Below, piece by piece: positions 61,553-64,000 of a stretch of DNA of 64,000 nt. Below the pieces are notes generated by a model that was not told the origin of the DNA, did no database searches, and saw only the letters and a program-made list of their open reading frames with translations. Position 1 is the stretch's first letter; each line of letters starts with the position of its first letter. The stretch is from an uncultured Anaerolineales bacterium (GTDB lineage Bacteria; Chloroflexota; Anaerolineae; B4-G1), in contig CAZZEX010000003.1 of the NCBI GenBank assembly GCA_964653285.1, forward strand, positions 1,195-65,194. The letters run 5' to 3'. The position numbers and the translations under genes were made by a program.

Positions 61553-61599
61553 GTGAGTGCGTACTGGTGGTGACGGTCTTCGCATTGGCCCTACACTGA

Positions 61600-61810
61600 T
61601 TGCATCTACCGCCAGACCCACGACGGCCTACGCGCCGCTAGGGGTCGGGCACCATGTGGATCACCAAATCGCGCGCCGCGCAGCAGAGGCCCCTGGGCGC
61701 ACATTGACCTACTCCGAGGAGTTCCCCTACGCGGAAGACCCACAGACGGTGCAGACGGCGTTGGCGAAGAGGCGAGGGCAAGCAGAGTTGGTGCTGCTCT
61801 CCGGAGCGGT
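61600..61810 (+). pseudogene. PIG-L family deacetylase C-terminal fragment
   Basis: YAPLGVGHHVDHQIAR...YSEEFPYA; N-terminus missing next to the MITE. Confidence 0.6.
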
Positions 61811-61869
61811 ACTGGATACTGGATGCTTGATGTTCATCCGGCCAATCCGGGTGCCAGTTCGTCCATCGG

Positions 61870-63198
61870 TCACCTCGCCAGAAACGGGATGATGAACTTA
61901 AACAGGCAGTACATGTCCAGCGCCGCCAGCCCAGCGAAAAGAGCGACCATCACCCAGGCGCGTGTTCGCTGTGGCAGAACTCTCGCCAGCATGCTCAGCC
62001 CCAACGCAGCCGCCATCCCGACGGGGATCAGGGCTGGAAAAAGGTAGCGGCCCTGATGCTGGACGAAGGTCAGGTTGTACCAGAAAAAGGAAAGAACAGT
62101 AAACAGACAAGAAACAAGAAGCAAGAGCAGGCTGGCGCGTTGGAGCGAGGTCAACCTGGGACGACGTCGGTCGAACAGCCACCACAGGAAGCCAGCGACC
62201 AGGAGGGTGGCGAGAAATGCAAGAGCCTGGTAGATGCAAGCCGGAAGCACCACCTTCATCCAGCCAAATTGTCCCCAGAAACTCTGGAAGGTGGTGTGGG
62301 CCAGGCGGCCCAAAAGCCCACCCCAGCCGTAGAGCGCCAGCCATTCGGAGGAACGCGGTTGTCCTTCAACGACTCCGTTGTGCCGCGCCCACCCCAGCGG
62401 GTCACGCCAGCCATAGGTGAGCCCGTTGCGGATAAACCAGGGTGCAGAGAGCACCAGTGTCGGGACGAGCATCCAGGCCAGTTGTCCCACCGCCCATCCC
62501 CACGTCCGGCCATCTCGCCGCCAGCGGAGCACGACCGCGAGCACAGCCACTCCCACGACGACGTAGGCTGTCGTCTTGGTCAGTAACGCCGCCGCCAGCA
62601 GCAACCCAACTGGCCAGGGGCGGTCACGGCCTCCGCCGACGTAGACAACCAACGTCCACAGTGTACCCCCTACCACAAGTTCCGCCAGCGCGTCGTTCTC
62701 CACCCCGGCGGTCATAGCCACGTGCTGGGGGATGAACGCGATGAAGGCGGCCACCGTCAATGCCAACTCAGGCCGTGCGGGGAAGATCGCCCGCGCGGTC
62801 CCGAAAGCGACCACCAGCAACCCGGCCCCAAATAGCACCGACAGCAGCCGCAGCGGCAGTACCGCACCGCCAAAGAGCAGGTAGACCGGGATCGCCAGCA
62901 GATAGTAGAGCGGCGGCTGGTGATCCTCGTACTCCAGCGATTCGATGGAAAGTTCTGGCGGAAAGTCTCGATGGGTGAGTTGGTTCAACAACTCCTGGTC
63001 ATAGTCGCCTGGTTCCAGGACTGGGAACCCCTTGCCCTCGGCCAGCGCACGGACGTAGTTGTAATGGGCGGGTTCGTCGGGCACCTGCCAGGTGGGGGTG
63101 AGGGCCGCGTAGAGAACGCCAATCGTGGTATAAGCAGCAACGATGGCGACCAGGAGAGCGCGCAGGGGTGGTGCCACTGATTGGTTAGGTGCTCCCAC
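61870..63198 (-). CDS. GT-C fold membrane glycosyltransferase (ArnT/PMT-like, DUF2142)
   Basis: PDEPAH, HQPPLYY, many TMs, QGRYLFP. Confidence 0.82.
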   Translation of the reverse strand: MGAPNQSVAPPLRALLVAIVAAYTTIGVLYAALTPTWQVPDEPAHYNYVRALAEGKGFPVLEPGDYDQELLNQLTHRDFPPELSIESLEYEDHQPPLYYLLAIPVYLLFGGAVLPLRLLSVLFGAGLLVVAFGTARAIFPARPELALTVAAFIAFIPQHVAMTAGVENDALAELVVGGTLWTLVVYVGGGRDRPWPVGLLLAAALLTKTTAYVVVGVAVLAVVLRWRRDGRTWGWAVGQLAWMLVPTLVLSAPWFIRNGLTYGWRDPLGWARHNGVVEGQPRSSEWLALYGWGGLLGRLAHTTFQSFWGQFGWMKVVLPACIYQALAFLATLLVAGFLWWLFDRRRPRLTSLQRASLLLLLVSCLFTVLSFFWYNLTFVQHQGRYLFPALIPVGMAAALGLSMLARVLPQRTRAWVMVALFAGLAALDMYCLFKFIIPFLAR

Positions 63199-63200
63199 TA

Positions 63201-63503
63201 CTATCCCATCACCTCTGCTAGCAGGTCGGCCAAGTCACCGTAGTCGTAGGGGGGGCGCTTACGCACGGTCAGGATACCTACCCATTGGTCGGCCTCATCA
63301 ATCAAATACACCACGCGCCAGCGGTCCAACCTTAGCCGCCGTAACTCGACATCGGTTTCTGACCACTCCAGCCGTTTGCCACGGAGCGGGCGCGGATCGT
63401 TTTTCAGGTCGTCTATCGCCCGTTTGACTCGCTGGCGCATGTGGCCTGGGAGATGTCTGACCTCGTGCCACACATCTGGCGGTACCCAGACCTCATAACT
63501 CAT
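63201..63503 (-). CDS. RelE/ParE family toxin
   Basis: L..DPRP..KRL...RRLRLDRWRVVY. Confidence 0.85.
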   Translation of the reverse strand: MSYEVWVPPDVWHEVRHLPGHMRQRVKRAIDDLKNDPRPLRGKRLEWSETDVELRRLRLDRWRVVYLIDEADQWVGILTVRKRPPYDYGDLADLLAEVMG

Positions 63504-63726
63504 GCCGAACATCCTCCCAGCGGAGCCAACCGGCTGCCTCTGGATCGCCCCCTGCTGCTCTTAATTGCTCTAGAGCCCTCTGTGCTATCTGGATGTCTTC
63601 TATAGCCTCCAGCCACTCTACAAGTCCTTCCCACTCGTCAGCATCCAGTACAGCCAGGCGCCGCCCGCCTGCCGTCAGGAACTGAACAGAGGTCAATACC
63701 TCGCTCAATGTCGTTACCGCATTCAT
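63493..63726 (-). CDS. Cognate antitoxin
   Basis: 77 aa overlapping toxin start; AVLD.DEWE.L.E.LE..ED. Confidence 0.72.
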   Translation of the reverse strand: MNAVTTLSEVLTSVQFLTAGGRRLAVLDADEWEGLVEWLEAIEDIQIAQRALEQLRAAGGDPEAAGWLRWEDVRHEL

Positions 63727-63875
63727 CGCTTTTTCCTCCGTGAGACAGAAACGCTATCCACCGTCCAGCCGATCTCAGGACGTAGCATCGTTACCCAATC
63801 TAACAGTCTTTACATTATAGCCTATCCACTTCAACTGTCAACTGATTGTCACCCGTGCATCCGCACATGGGCCGA

Positions 63876-63904
63876 TTGACAAGCAGCGTCAACAGTGCTA
63901 TCAT
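63876..63904 (+). promoter_or_regulatory. Sigma70-type promoter
   Basis: TTGACA-17-TATCAT with TG extension. Confidence 0.5.
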
Positions 63905-64000
63905 ATCGCGGCTTCCCGTGACGGAGTTATCCAATGCGCGATGTGAGTGAGTGGCGCCCTACTCACTGGGTGCTGTCCATCATTATTCTTTTGACACTGC

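Overview
GC-rich bacterial chromosome segment. Gene content and protein style suggest Chloroflexota, probably Anaerolineae (inference). The first ~37.5 kb is mostly housekeeping: dprA-rimM-khpA-rpsP, ffh, an acyl-CoA ligase, a hybrid histidine kinase, a cell-wall hydrolase cluster, ppk2, coaX/coaBC with an inserted MNT-HEPN pair, galK with a galT remnant and melA, fur-feoAB-yibE/F-feoC, nfo, trxB/PDO, a lipoate ligase with gcvH, and rpsT. Next come a three-gene locus whose first and last proteins share a short amyloid-like motif, and an unusually long RNase P RNA. The main feature is a ~16.5 kb BREX-like defence island (41.4-57.8 kb). It has type-1 gene order but type-3-like components (BrxF-like protein, DUF6079-like BrxC, PglXI-like methylase) and a Lon-less BrxL. 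Its cargo includes TPR and AbiEi/AbiEii genes and a nuclease-less Mrr-N protein that shares a ~75-aa C-terminal domain with the methylase. The window also holds several MITE/REP-like repeat families, including one nested insertion with an 8-bp target duplication and two in-frame insertions in genes, plus many gene remnants. All calls come from motif recognition by eye; no database searches were run.
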